This document shows positions 22,124-31,701 of a stretch of 64,000 bases of DNA, piece by piece; position 1 is the stretch's first letter; each line of letters opens with the position of its first letter. The DNA comes from Deltaproteobacteria bacterium (GTDB lineage: Bacteria; Desulfobacterota_D; UBA1144; Nemesobacterales; CSP1-2). Below the pieces are notes generated by a model. That model was not told where the DNA came from. It did not search any database and saw only the letters and a list, made by a program, of their open reading frames with translations. Both the position numbers and the translations under genes were made by a program. Location of the stretch: positions 224,001 through 288,000 of the forward strand of contig JBQTHB010000006.1 in NCBI GenBank assembly GCA_052390235.1, given 5' to 3'.

Positions 22124-23326
22124 CTAAGAGAGTAGCTTTATTTCGGCTATCCTATCGAGAATCCTCTCGGCTAGTTCGCTCTTAGCCAGGAGGGGATATT
22201 CCTCGACTTTCCCCGTTTTATCGAGAAAATAAGCGACGTTCGTATCCTCGCCGAAGCCCGAGCCGGGCGCTAATATGTCGTTTGCCACGATGAGGTCGAG
22301 GTTTTTCTTTCGGAGTTTCCCCATGGCGTTTTCCACAATGTTTTCAGCCTCGGCGGCAAATCCGACGAGAATTTTCCCGTTTTTGACCCTGCCGAGTTCC
22401 TGTAGAATATCCACCGTGCGGACAAGGTGAAGGGTAAATTCGTTTGGCCCCTTTTTAATTTTTCCCACTACCGCGTTAATCGGAGAGTAATCCCCGACTG
22501 CGGCAGCTTTTATCACTACGCTTGACCAATCGAGGGAGTCCATAACGGCCCTGTGCATTTCAGCGACGCTTAGAACGGGAATTAATTCAACCCCATTAGG
22601 GGCAGGCACGTCGGCTTTGCCTGAGATGAGCTTTACCTCTGCCCCTCTCATCCAAGCCGCTTTTGCGATGGCGTAACCCATTTTGCCGCTCGATGGGTTG
22701 GATATAAACCTCACCGAGTCAATAAATTCCCTCGTGGCGCCTGCGGTAACGATAATTCTCTCTCCCTTGAGGTCTTGAGGGGAGAAAATTTTATTTATCT
22801 CATCGGCAATCTCGCCGACATCCGGCAGTCTCCCCCGCCCCTCCCATCCGCAGGCAAGAGAGCCTTCGGCGGGTTCAACTACGGTAAATCCGCGCCTCCT
22901 GAGCGCTGCGATATTATCCTGCACGGCGGGGTTGGTATACATATTCACATTCATTGCCGGGAATATCATTACCGGAGCCTTAGTTGCCAGAATCACGGTA
23001 AGCAGGAGGTTGTCGGCGAGTCCCGAAGCCGCTTTGCCTATGAAACCCGCAGTCGCCGGAGCCACCACAACGAGGTCGGCGCAGTCAGCGAGCTTTATAT
23101 GGCCTATCTCGGATTCCCATTCGGTATCAAAGGTACTCACCGCTACGCGCCGCCCGGAGAGGGTTTGAAACGTGAGAGGCGTAACGAATTCCATGGCGTT
23201 TTTCGTCATAATCACCTGAACCGAGGCTTTAGCCTTAACGAGCATCCTTACAAGCTCGCACGCCTTGTAGGCGGCAATGCCTCCGGTAACGCCGAGAATT
23301 ATATTTTTCCCTTCGATTTTTGTCAT
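22124..23326 (-). CDS. coaBC: Phosphopantothenoylcysteine decarboxylase/ligase
   Basis: GVTGGIAAYK, PAMNVNM, LACG..G.GRL, SNPSSGKMG, VGFAAE; start at MTKIEG with GGAG SD. Confidence 0.97.
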   Translation of the reverse strand: MTKIEGKNIILGVTGGIAAYKACELVRMLVKAKASVQVIMTKNAMEFVTPLTFQTLSGRRVAVSTFDTEWESEIGHIKLADCADLVVVAPATAGFIGKAASGLADNLLLTVILATKAPVMIFPAMNVNMYTNPAVQDNIAALRRRGFTVVEPAEGSLACGWEGRGRLPDVGEIADEINKIFSPQDLKGERIIVTAGATREFIDSVRFISNPSSGKMGYAIAKAAWMRGAEVKLISGKADVPAPNGVELIPVLSVAEMHRAVMDSLDWSSVVIKAAAVGDYSPINAVVGKIKKGPNEFTLHLVRTVDILQELGRVKNGKILVGFAAEAENIVENAMGKLRKKNLDLIVANDILAPGSGFGEDTNVAYFLDKTGKVEEYPLLAKSELAERILDRIAEIKLLS

Positions 23327-23467
23327 CTGCCCGGTCTCCTTTCGAGGAGTAATTATAGAAGATGACAGATGGAGTGGCAAACCAAGCGGGCGAGAGGATA
23401 AAGCGGCGGGTAATTCGGGGTTTTTTCAGATATTCGGAACAGGAGTCTAAACAGCCTACGCGGCGGC

Positions 23468-23875
23468 TTAAGCCTCCCAAGCGATTTTGAATTTTCTTCC
23501 GTTTGACTCGATTTCTCTTGCTTTTTTATAGGAGAATATATTTTCCCAGAAATAATTTTCGGCGTCTCTGACCCCTCTGGATTTCAGCTCGCGCATGATT
23601 TCCCTGTATTTCTCGTCCGGCGGAAGGTCAGGGAGCAAATCAAAGAGAGTCGCCACGCAGGGACGCTTCGAGGGTTCTATCCTCTCCCACCCTACCCATT
23701 TTTTGGTTGTCTTGGAGATTAAAATCTTCTCGCCGACAGCGCAAAGAGGCATATCTTTTATCGTCCAAGCAGGGAGGAATTCACCGTAGTAGTATTCAAA
23801 AGCGCTCTCCAGCACTTCGCTCCACTTGAGCGGCACGTCGTCAGAATTTGATAAATCCCTAGCTATTGAATCCAT
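23468..23875 (-). CDS. Hypothetical protein (135 aa)
   Basis: ORF with GAGG SD and upstream sigma54 motif; no recognisable domain. Confidence 0.6.
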   Translation of the reverse strand: MDSIARDLSNSDDVPLKWSEVLESAFEYYYGEFLPAWTIKDMPLCAVGEKILISKTTKKWVGWERIEPSKRPCVATLFDLLPDLPPDEKYREIMRELKSRGVRDAENYFWENIFSYKKAREIESNGRKFKIAWEA

Positions 23876-23923
23876 TACAATCGCCTCTGTTCACGATTTA
23901 TTATTGGCTCACAGCTATAAGTC

Positions 23924-23938
23924 GCAAGATATATGCCA
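23924..23938 (-). promoter_or_regulatory. sigma54 (-24/-12) promoter
   Basis: Minus strand TGGCAT-ATATC-TTGC, about 50 nt upstream of 23875. Confidence 0.6.
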
Positions 23939-24093
23939 TGAGAGATAAAAACTTAATACTCTGATTTCATTGGATTATTTGAGAATTTGCGCCCGCTCTA
24001 TTGCAGTCATGGGGCAAATTTCGTCATCCGGATGCCAATTTAGGTCATCGAACGAGGTTGTGCCGGGCGAGATTGTCGCATAGTATTTACTCA

Positions 24094-24993
24094 ATGCCTG
24101 AGATTGCGCCGGAGAAATTAAAATCCATCTTACATGAGGACGGAACTCTCAGAGACGGGGGTGAGGCGGTTATCGAGGAAATTATATCAAACCCCCGAAC
24201 CGACGATGTAACGGTCGCCTATATTGCCCAGAGGACTTATAATTCGAGGCTCATTGAACTCATCTTGGGCGATAAAGCCAGAGTTCTGCGCTCGCCGGAT
24301 ATTATCGAGGCTCTCGGCAACAACCCCTCGGCAAACCGCTCGGCTCTGGACAAAGCCCTCGCGATGCTCTGCGCATATCTGAAGGCAAAAGGGCTGATAC
24401 CGAACCCTGCGGCGGAAAGTAGCGATGATGCAACGGCGGATGAGGCTCAGGCTGAGGAATCGGATATTGCATCGTTATCCGGCGTGGTGAAGGAGTCGTT
24501 CCTAGATAATATTCCAACGTCCGCGGACTTTATAGTGGAAAACGGGGGCGGCGATGCGCCCGGCAGTAAGAAACCGATTAATTTCCTATATCGGATAAAG
24601 CGCATGACCGTGCCAGAGCGGATAAAGCTCGCCATGATGGGCAACGCCGACGCAAGGAAAATCCTCATTCGAGACCAAAACAGAATCGTAGCCGCCTCGG
24701 TGCTGAGAAATCCCCGCCTCCCAGACAGCGAAATTGTCCTCATCGCGCAGATAAAATCCGTTGGCGAAGACGTGCTTAGGGAAATCGCCGCAGTGCGCAA
24801 GTGGACGAAGATATATCTCGTAAAAGTCGCCCTGGTGAATAACCCCAAGACCCCGTCGGACGCGACATTGGGACTGCTCCGCCACCTGCGGGACAGGGAA
24901 CTTAATCTGCTCACACGAAACCGAGAGATACCGGGAGTTATCCTCAGCGCCGCGCGAAAAATTGCAAAAGACAGAAAAGAGCAGAAAAACTAG
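24094..24993 (+). CDS. Conserved hypothetical alpha-helical repeat protein
   Basis: ERIKLAMMGN.DAR.ILIRD.NRIVA.SVL.NP, ALVNNPKTP; family seen in deltaproteobacteria; start at MPEI. Confidence 0.65.
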   Translation: MPEIAPEKLKSILHEDGTLRDGGEAVIEEIISNPRTDDVTVAYIAQRTYNSRLIELILGDKARVLRSPDIIEALGNNPSANRSALDKALAMLCAYLKAKGLIPNPAAESSDDATADEAQAEESDIASLSGVVKESFLDNIPTSADFIVENGGGDAPGSKKPINFLYRIKRMTVPERIKLAMMGNADARKILIRDQNRIVAASVLRNPRLPDSEIVLIAQIKSVGEDVLREIAAVRKWTKIYLVKVALVNNPKTPSDATLGLLRHLRDRELNLLTRNREIPGVILSAARKIAKDRKEQKN

Positions 24994-25013
24994 AGCGAAG
25001 TGAATTTAAACCC

Positions 25014-25979
25014 ATGAGCGCTGAAAGCCCGATACAAACATTTGAGGTGTCGCCGGAGCTTGCCGGTAGGCGAACGGACGTATTTCTCGCGGAAATCCTA
25101 GAGGCAGTAAGCCGCTCTCAAATTCAGCGACTGATTGACGGGGGATTCATTCTCGTGGACGGCAGAGCCACAAAAGCGTCAAAAAAGCTCATTGCTGGGC
25201 AGAGGGTATCGGTAAATCTCCCCGAGCCTGAGCCGATAGAAGCCGAACCAGAGGACATAGAGATAGAAATTCTCCACGAGGACGCGTGGATTGTCGTCGT
25301 GAACAAACCCGCCGGACTCACCGTGCATCCCGGCGCGGGGCAGAAAAGCCGCACGCTCGTTAACGCCCTTCTCTTTAAATGCCGAGGGCTCTCAGGGATA
25401 GGCGGCAAAATCAGACCCGGCATCGTCCACAGACTCGACAGAGACACCTCAGGCGTAATAGTAGCCGCCAAGAACGACGCGGCGCACCGCTCGCTCGTCA
25501 ACCAATTCAAATCAAGGGACGTGAAAAAGCGGTATTCGGCAATCATCACCGGGAGTCCCAAAGCGGATTCAGGCTCTTTTTCAGACCGCATCGCAAGGCA
25601 CCCCGCTAATAGAGTGAAAATGGCGGCGGTCAAGAGCGGCGGAAGAGACGCCTTAACGCTCTGGCGCGTGAAAAGGAGATTCGCATCTCGGGCGGCTCTC
25701 GTCGAAGCCGAGCCTAAGACAGGACGCACGCATCAGATCCGGGTGCATTTTGCCGAGAACGGACACCCGCTCCTTGGGGACAGGGTCTATTTGGCAAATG
25801 AGAGGCAAGGGGCGCTAAGTAGGATTTCAAAGCGGCTAAACCGCCAAGCCCTCCACGCCGAAGCCATAGGGTTTTTCCATCCCGAAGGCGGACAATATGT
25901 GGAGTATTCAGCGCCCATGCCCGAAGACATGATGTCGGCAATATCCGAGCTTGAGAGGATGGGAAATGGGCTGGATTAA
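25014..25979 (+). CDS. rluD: RluD-type 23S rRNA pseudouridine synthase
   Basis: S4 domain, VNKPAGL.VHP, GIVHRLDRDTSG, TGRTHQIRVH; followed by pgeF. Confidence 0.9.
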   Translation: MSAESPIQTFEVSPELAGRRTDVFLAEILEAVSRSQIQRLIDGGFILVDGRATKASKKLIAGQRVSVNLPEPEPIEAEPEDIEIEILHEDAWIVVVNKPAGLTVHPGAGQKSRTLVNALLFKCRGLSGIGGKIRPGIVHRLDRDTSGVIVAAKNDAAHRSLVNQFKSRDVKKRYSAIITGSPKADSGSFSDRIARHPANRVKMAAVKSGGRDALTLWRVKRRFASRAALVEAEPKTGRTHQIRVHFAENGHPLLGDRVYLANERQGALSRISKRLNRQALHAEAIGFFHPEGGQYVEYSAPMPEDMMSAISELERMGNGLD

Positions 25980-26646
25980 ATCCGACATTTTATTGCGAGT
26001 ATCAGGAATCGCTCACGGCTTTTCGGACGGCAACCTCGGCGGCGCTTCGGCTGATGCCGCGCGCTCCTTGGGGCTTGAGAGAATCGTAACCGTGAGGCAG
26101 ATTCACGGCGATTCGGTCTATTGGGCAGACGGCGCGCGGTATGATGAAAGTTCAATGCCTGAGGCAGACGCGATAGTTTCAGGCGCGAAGGGGGTCGGCG
26201 CGGGGATTTTCACGGCCGACTGCGTGCCGGTTCTCATTGCCGGAGAGCGGGGAGTGGTAGCGGCGGTTCACGCGGGCTGGAGGGGAATTTATCGGGAGGT
26301 TGTTGAGGCCACGCTCCTTCAAATTACAGAGAGAAGGCACATCGGAGCCGGAGAGCTTGCCGCCGCCGTGGGCCCCTGCATCGGGAGTTGCTGTTACGAG
26401 GTGGGCGAGGAGGTAGCGTCGCAGTTCACGGAGAAATTCGAGGACGCCGGGGCATACATCCGCGCTACAGGGGCAGGGAAATACAGACTTGATTTGAGAG
26501 AGGCTACACGCGCCGCTCTTGAGAAAGCCGGAGTGCGAAGGGTGGATGTAATTGATATTTGCACGAAATGCAGGGCGGATTTTCACTCCTACAGGAGAGA
26601 CGGCAGGGATTCTGGAAGGCAGATTAGCGTTATCGGCATCCTCTGA
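25966..26646 (+). CDS. pgeF: Peptidoglycan editing factor / purine nucleoside phosphorylase YfiH
   Basis: QIHG, TADCVPV, HAGWRG, GPCIG.CCYEVG, SYRRD. Confidence 0.92.
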   Translation: MGWIKSDILLRVSGIAHGFSDGNLGGASADAARSLGLERIVTVRQIHGDSVYWADGARYDESSMPEADAIVSGAKGVGAGIFTADCVPVLIAGERGVVAAVHAGWRGIYREVVEATLLQITERRHIGAGELAAAVGPCIGSCCYEVGEEVASQFTEKFEDAGAYIRATGAGKYRLDLREATRAALEKAGVRRVDVIDICTKCRADFHSYRRDGRDSGRQISVIGIL

Positions 26647-26808
26647 TGCGAAGAGGCATCCCCGCCAAATTACTGCGCGCAAATAGACGATCAATGAGTT
26701 TTTATGCGAAAAATACTCTGCTTATTGTATCTTTAAAATCGTGTTATTATTACGGGCTGTTTAAGGGAATTTCGGATGAAAACATTAATTTAATCGGAGG
26801 TGTCGTCA

Positions 26809-27249
26809 ATGATAAAGATTTTGTGCTACGTAGAACCTGAGGATTATTGGACGCTGGACTCGACTGGGAAATCCAATGTGCCGGTGAATTATTACGGCTA
26901 CACGTTTGAAGTTAAAGGGGGCGGCGGAGAGACCTCAGGGGGATTCAGCTCAGCTAGGGTGTCCGTTATAGAGTTTTCAAATCTCCGAATGGCGATGGGA
27001 CTTGCTCTGCCGGAAGGTATAAAACTCGACGGAGAGTTCGAGCTTAGATTTATCTGCCATGAGAGAATGGAAGGCGATATTCCAGTGGTGTGCAAGCTCT
27101 CAAAAGAGGTAAAAAGTGCCTCCTACAAAGGGGACGACGAAGAGAAGCTCGAATTCATAGGGTTTACCCTAGAGAGGTTTTATGAGGGGAAAAATGCGAG
27201 ATTCTATTTCTACGACCTGAGGAAAGCCAAAATTGCCGACCCCAAATAG
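26809..27249 (+). CDS. Hypothetical protein
   Basis: GGAGG SD before MIKILC; no recognisable motif. Confidence 0.6.
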   Translation: MIKILCYVEPEDYWTLDSTGKSNVPVNYYGYTFEVKGGGGETSGGFSSARVSVIEFSNLRMAMGLALPEGIKLDGEFELRFICHERMEGDIPVVCKLSKEVKSASYKGDDEEKLEFIGFTLERFYEGKNARFYFYDLRKAKIADPK

Positions 27250-27351
27250 CACCCTCATGATTGACGGATGAGCCCCGACATGGGGCGGGGGTGAGATGGG
27301 CGCAGAGGGGGTTTTGTTTTCAGAAATTTATGAGGAGGCTTAGAAAAAGTA

Positions 27352-28554
27352 ATGGCGCAAATCAAGAAAATTGTGCTTGCGTACTCCGGCGGCTTGGATA
27401 CGTCCATCATTCTGCGCTGGCTCATCGAGGAATACGGGGCGGAAGTCGTGGCGTTCGTCGCCGACCTTGGGCAGGGCGAGGATTTGGACGAGGTACGCCA
27501 GAAGGCTCTGAAAACAGGCGCGAGCAAGGTCTATATCGAGGATTTGAGGGAGGAGTTCGTAAGGGATTTCGTATTCACGGCTCTTCGGGCGAACGCCGTC
27601 TATGAGGGGACGTATCTGCTGGGAACGTCTCTGGGCAGACCGCTTATCGCAAAGAAGCAGATAGAGGTTGCCGCCATGGAATCCGCCGACGCCGTAGCGC
27701 ATGGAGCTACGGGAAAGGGGAACGACCAGGTGCGCTTCGAGCTGACTTATTACGCCCTTAATCCCGGAATTCGGGTCATCGCCCCTTGGCGGGAGTGGAA
27801 TCTGAAATCGAGGACGGATTTAATCGAGTACGCCAAGCGGCACGGCATTTCGATTCCTGTAACCCCGAAAAAACCCTACAGCTGCGATAGAAACATCTTC
27901 CACACGAGCTACGAGGGCGGAATCCTCGAAGACCCTTGGGCTGAGCCGCCTGAGGCGATGTTCGAGAGGACGGTCAACCCCGAAAATGCCCCCGACGAGC
28001 CGACTTATGTGGATATTGAGTTTTATCAGGGCGTTCCCGTAAGCGTTGACGGCGAGGAGTTGCCGCCCGTCGCCCTGCTTGCCAAGATAAACGACATCGG
28101 CGGCAAAAACGGCGTCGGCAGAGTGGATATGGTAGAGAACCGCTTTGTCGGCATAAAATCCCGCGGAGTCTATGAAACCCCCGGCGGAACGATACTTCAC
28201 GCCGCCCACAGAGGGGTTGAATCCATCACCATGGACAGGGAATCCATGCACCTCAGAGACGACCTAATGCCGAGATTCGCCGAGCTTATCTATTATGGAT
28301 TTTGGCACTCGCCGGAGATGAAAATGCTCAGAGCCGCAATAGAAGAATCGCAGAAGACGATAACCGGCGCGGCAAGGGTTAAAATTTACAAGGGCAACGT
28401 TTGGGTAGCCGGAAGGCGCTCGCCCTATTCGCTCTATCAGAAGGACTTGGCGACGTTTGAAGAGGATAGAGTCTATAATCAAGCCGACGCCACGGGGTTC
28501 ATCAAACTCAACGCCCTTAGACTCTCCGTAAACAAGCTCTCGGAAAACAAATAA
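27352..28554 (+). CDS. argG: Argininosuccinate synthase
   Basis: [34 protein letters not shown]. Confidence 0.98.
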   Translation: MAQIKKIVLAYSGGLDTSIILRWLIEEYGAEVVAFVADLGQGEDLDEVRQKALKTGASKVYIEDLREEFVRDFVFTALRANAVYEGTYLLGTSLGRPLIAKKQIEVAAMESADAVAHGATGKGNDQVRFELTYYALNPGIRVIAPWREWNLKSRTDLIEYAKRHGISIPVTPKKPYSCDRNIFHTSYEGGILEDPWAEPPEAMFERTVNPENAPDEPTYVDIEFYQGVPVSVDGEELPPVALLAKINDIGGKNGVGRVDMVENRFVGIKSRGVYETPGGTILHAAHRGVESITMDRESMHLRDDLMPRFAELIYYGFWHSPEMKMLRAAIEESQKTITGAARVKIYKGNVWVAGRRSPYSLYQKDLATFEEDRVYNQADATGFIKLNALRLSVNKLSENK

Positions 28555-28605
28555 ACGGGCGGGGCGGATTGCCCACCGGGCGGGAGTCCGTCCATCGTTG
28601 CCGAA

Positions 28606-29613
28606 ATGAAAACCTCGGATTTCGACTACCCGCTTCCCGAAAATCTCATCGCCTCATACCCGCTTCCAGGCAGAGACGCATCTAGGCTGCTGCGCTTGGA
28701 CAGGTACAGCGGCAACATCGCCCATCTCGGATTCCGAGACCTTCCCGCGCTTCTCGTCGAAGGCGACCTCCTCGTGCTGAATGATACGAAAGTGATACCG
28801 GCGAGGCTCATGGGCAAATCCAGAGGATACGGCAGATTCGAGGTTTTACTACTAGAGAAGCTCTCGCCGACGCTCTGGAAGAGCATGATGCGAAACCCTA
28901 AGCACGGGGCGGCGGTGGAATTTCAATCTGGAATGAGGGGGAGAATTATCAAAAACGGGAGAGAGGGCTGGCTCTTTGAATTCGAGCGCGCGGCTGAGGA
29001 ATACATCGAGCAGTTCGGGAGTATGCCTCTTCCGCCCTACATCAGGCGGGACGCTGAGGAGGCTGATAGGCAGAATTATCAGACCGTTTATGCGAGGCAG
29101 GACGGCTCAGCCGCCGCGCCGACAGCGGGGCTGCATTTTACCGAAAACCTGCTTGGGCGGATTAGACAAAAGGGCGTGGATTTGTGCTTCGTTACGCTCC
29201 ACGTCGGGGCGGGAACTTTTCAGCCCGTAAAAAGCGAAGAGATAGAGAAACATAAAATGCACTCGGAGTGGAGAGAAATCGGCGCTGACGCGGCGGCGGC
29301 GATAAACAGCGCGAAACGCGATGGAAGAAGGGTCATAGCCGTAGGCACGACAGCCGTGAGAACTATTGAGTCGGCGGCGGCGGGCGAGGGGGAGATTCAG
29401 CCTGCTTTGGGCTATACGGATATTTTTATCACTCCCGGATTTAATTTCCGCATCGTGGACGGGATGATAACGAATTTTCACACTCCGCGTTCGACGCTTC
29501 TGATGCTGGTTTCGGCTTTTGCAGGTCGCGAGAGGATACTGCGCGCCTACGATGCCGCAGTCGGAGAGGGATACAGATTCCTAAGCTACGGCGACGCCAT
29601 GATAATCCTCTAA
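28606..29613 (+). CDS. queA: SAM:tRNA ribosyltransferase-isomerase
   Basis: FDYPLP, NDTKVIPARL, PLPPYI, AAPTAGLHF, TNFHTPRSTL, SYGDAM. Confidence 0.98.
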   Translation: MKTSDFDYPLPENLIASYPLPGRDASRLLRLDRYSGNIAHLGFRDLPALLVEGDLLVLNDTKVIPARLMGKSRGYGRFEVLLLEKLSPTLWKSMMRNPKHGAAVEFQSGMRGRIIKNGREGWLFEFERAAEEYIEQFGSMPLPPYIRRDAEEADRQNYQTVYARQDGSAAAPTAGLHFTENLLGRIRQKGVDLCFVTLHVGAGTFQPVKSEEIEKHKMHSEWREIGADAAAAINSAKRDGRRVIAVGTTAVRTIESAAAGEGEIQPALGYTDIFITPGFNFRIVDGMITNFHTPRSTLLMLVSAFAGRERILRAYDAAVGEGYRFLSYGDAMIIL

Positions 29614-29618
29614 AGGGT

Positions 29619-29849
29619 TTACTTCGAGAATAAGAGCTGTTTTATCCCCTTGAATAGGGAAAATGATTCGTTATGACGGCTTGCAGAGTCCGACTCTTGA
29701 ACCCTAATTGACGATAAATAAAGCCCCATCTGCTGAATTTTCCTCTTGGCATCAACCTCGGTCCACGCCTTAACAGTGGCGTTTTTTTTTCTTCCCGATG
29801 CGTTCAGGGCCTCAAATTCATAGGTTTTCATTATCTCTCGCGCCTCCAA
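29619..29849 (-). CDS. Small protein resembling the N-terminal domain of GspF/PilC (standalone)
   Basis: KTYEFEALNASGRKKNATVKA....DAKRKIQQMGLY matches the GspF/PilC N-terminal pattern; likely start MKTY near 29830 after GGAGG. Confidence 0.6.
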   Translation of the reverse strand: MEAREIMKTYEFEALNASGRKKNATVKAWTEVDAKRKIQQMGLYLSSIRVQESDSASRHNESFSLFKGIKQLLFSK

Positions 29850-29884
29850 AATAACCGGTTGATTGATGATTCAGTTATTGAATC

Positions 29885-29899
29885 GCAAGATGTGTGCCA
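29885..29899 (-). promoter_or_regulatory. sigma54 (-24/-12) promoter
   Basis: Minus strand TGGCAC-ACATC-TTGC, consensus spacing, upstream of the GspF-N-like gene. Confidence 0.7.
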
Positions 29900-30137
29900 C
29901 GAGGCGAGATTTTATATTTCAGCTATAACTCATCTAAACCACTACAGAAATTGGCAAAGCAGAGTAAAGGTGAATTATCTGGGCAGACGGTTTAGCGCAA
30001 GATTGCCATAGAAAATTGCCAAATTTTGGGATAACTTGAAATTTATCGCCGAGATGAATTCAAAACCACAAGGCGGCTTTTCAGCAATCGCGCCGCCGAA
30101 GAAGATGCCAACCCAAATAAATCACAGACGGCGTAAA

Positions 30138-31652
30138 TTACCGACTACACTCAAACGCCTCAAAACAGTCCGGGTCGTTGCAATCTATAAGTCCGTCGCC
30201 GTCGTTATCGAAATTGTCGGAGCAGGTTGACTCCGTGGGTTCGCATCCCGTGGAAAGGGCGCAGTCCGGGTCGGCGCAGTCGAGAAAACCGTCGCCGTCG
30301 TTATCAATGCCGTCAGCGCAGCCGGGTATTTCCACCGCGGGCGTCGGCGTAGGTGTTGGAGTAGGAGTAGGCGTAGGTGTTGGAGTAGGCGTTGGTGTGG
30401 GCGTTGGTGTCGGAGTTAGACAAATCCCGCCGGTGCATATCCCCGCTATTCCATGAAGTACACACATCTGTCCATCACAGTCGGAATCAGCGCAGTCGGT
30501 AAATTCATCCGAGTCGTTATCAGCCGAATCACTACACTCCAGCCCCGTCTCAGTGCAAGCGGAAGAGCCAGCGCAATCGGAATCCGCGCAGTCGAGAAGC
30601 CCATCGCCGTCGTTATCAGCGCCGTCGCTGCAGGTTGCCTCTGGAATCTCGCAGACAGCGCCGCAGGGCCCCGTTTGCCCCTCGCAATCCGAATCCGCGC
30701 AGTCTATGAAATTATCGCCGTCGTTATCGGCGCCGTCGTTGCACGTTGCCTCTGGAATCTCGCACACCTGCCCGGCGTCTCCCATTTGCCCCTCGCAGCT
30801 AGAATCGGCGCAGTCCGCGAGATTATCGCCGTCATTGTCCATAGAATCGCTACAATCCGAGCCAGACTCGACGCAGGCGGGGGAGTTATTGCAGTCCGCA
30901 TCCTCGCAGTCAGCCGCGCCGTCGCCGTCGTCGTCAACTACATTTGAGCAGTTCTCGCCGGGAATCGGAGTAGGCGCAGGGGTAGGAGTAGCAGGTACGG
31001 GACTAGGGGTAGGCGTGGGAGTTACGACCGGAGGTTCTACTTCACACATCCCGTTTATGCAAATCCCAGAGTCGCCGCCGAGAACGCAAGCCATGCCATC
31101 GCAGTCTGCATCTTGGCAATCAACGGATTCGTCCGAGTCGTTGTCAATCCCGTCCACGCAGACCTGCTCGACCTCACTTGGCGGTTCAACCAGAACGCAT
31201 TGAATCGCTATGCTATTGCTAGCTCCGGGACTGACATTTACGTTAGCTCCCCCTCTGCAGACAATATCTCCGTTGGCATCAAAGGCTATAACGGTAATAA
31301 ACGACTGACCCTGCGGGACAAATATTCTACTGCTAATCGGAAAGTCAGAAACTTCTATGATTTCTTCGACCGTTTCCGAGCCAGATTGGCCTGAGATGAG
31401 AATAGACACTATGGAATCAAAATCCTGCCTGGATACGGCATCCTGAGGCGATTCCGAGGCTACGAGAGAGCATGAATTTCTATTGACCACGCTCAGAGAG
31501 ACTCTTAAAGAGCCGTCGTCGAATTCCTCATCCCCCGGCGACCCGCCGCATGAAAGGAAAAGAAAAATAGAAGCAACCAACAACATAGCCCTAGCCGCAA
31601 ATTTTCGTGTGTAGAACACAGAACCCCTGTAATTGTTTCTATATTGCGCCAA
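30138..31652 (-). CDS. Lipoprotein with 8 Cys/Asp-rich (CxDGxDNDGDGxxDCxDxDC) repeats and Pro-Thr linkers
   Basis: Lipobox FLSC-GG, beta-rich N-domain, 8 repeats counted, (TP)13 linker. Confidence 0.8.
   Translation of the reverse strand: MAQYRNNYRGSVFYTRKFAARAMLLVASIFLFLSCGGSPGDEEFDDGSLRVSLSVVNRNSCSLVASESPQDAVSRQDFDSIVSILISGQSGSETVEEIIEVSDFPISSRIFVPQGQSFITVIAFDANGDIVCRGGANVNVSPGASNSIAIQCVLVEPPSEVEQVCVDGIDNDSDESVDCQDADCDGMACVLGGDSGICINGMCEVEPPVVTPTPTPSPVPATPTPAPTPIPGENCSNVVDDDGDGAADCEDADCNNSPACVESGSDCSDSMDNDGDNLADCADSSCEGQMGDAGQVCEIPEATCNDGADNDGDNFIDCADSDCEGQTGPCGAVCEIPEATCSDGADNDGDGLLDCADSDCAGSSACTETGLECSDSADNDSDEFTDCADSDCDGQMCVLHGIAGICTGGICLTPTPTPTPTPTPTPTPTPTPTPTPTPAVEIPGCADGIDNDGDGFLDCADPDCALSTGCEPTESTCSDNFDNDGDGLIDCNDPDCFEAFECSR
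30339..30416 (-). repeat. Coding (Thr-Pro)13 low-complexity repeat
   Basis: 78 nt of degenerate 6-mers encoding TP x13. Confidence 0.9.
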
Positions 31653-31701
31653 TATAAAGCCCCCTAACTAACAAGCCCTCAGCCGATATTGCAGGTCAGC
31701 A

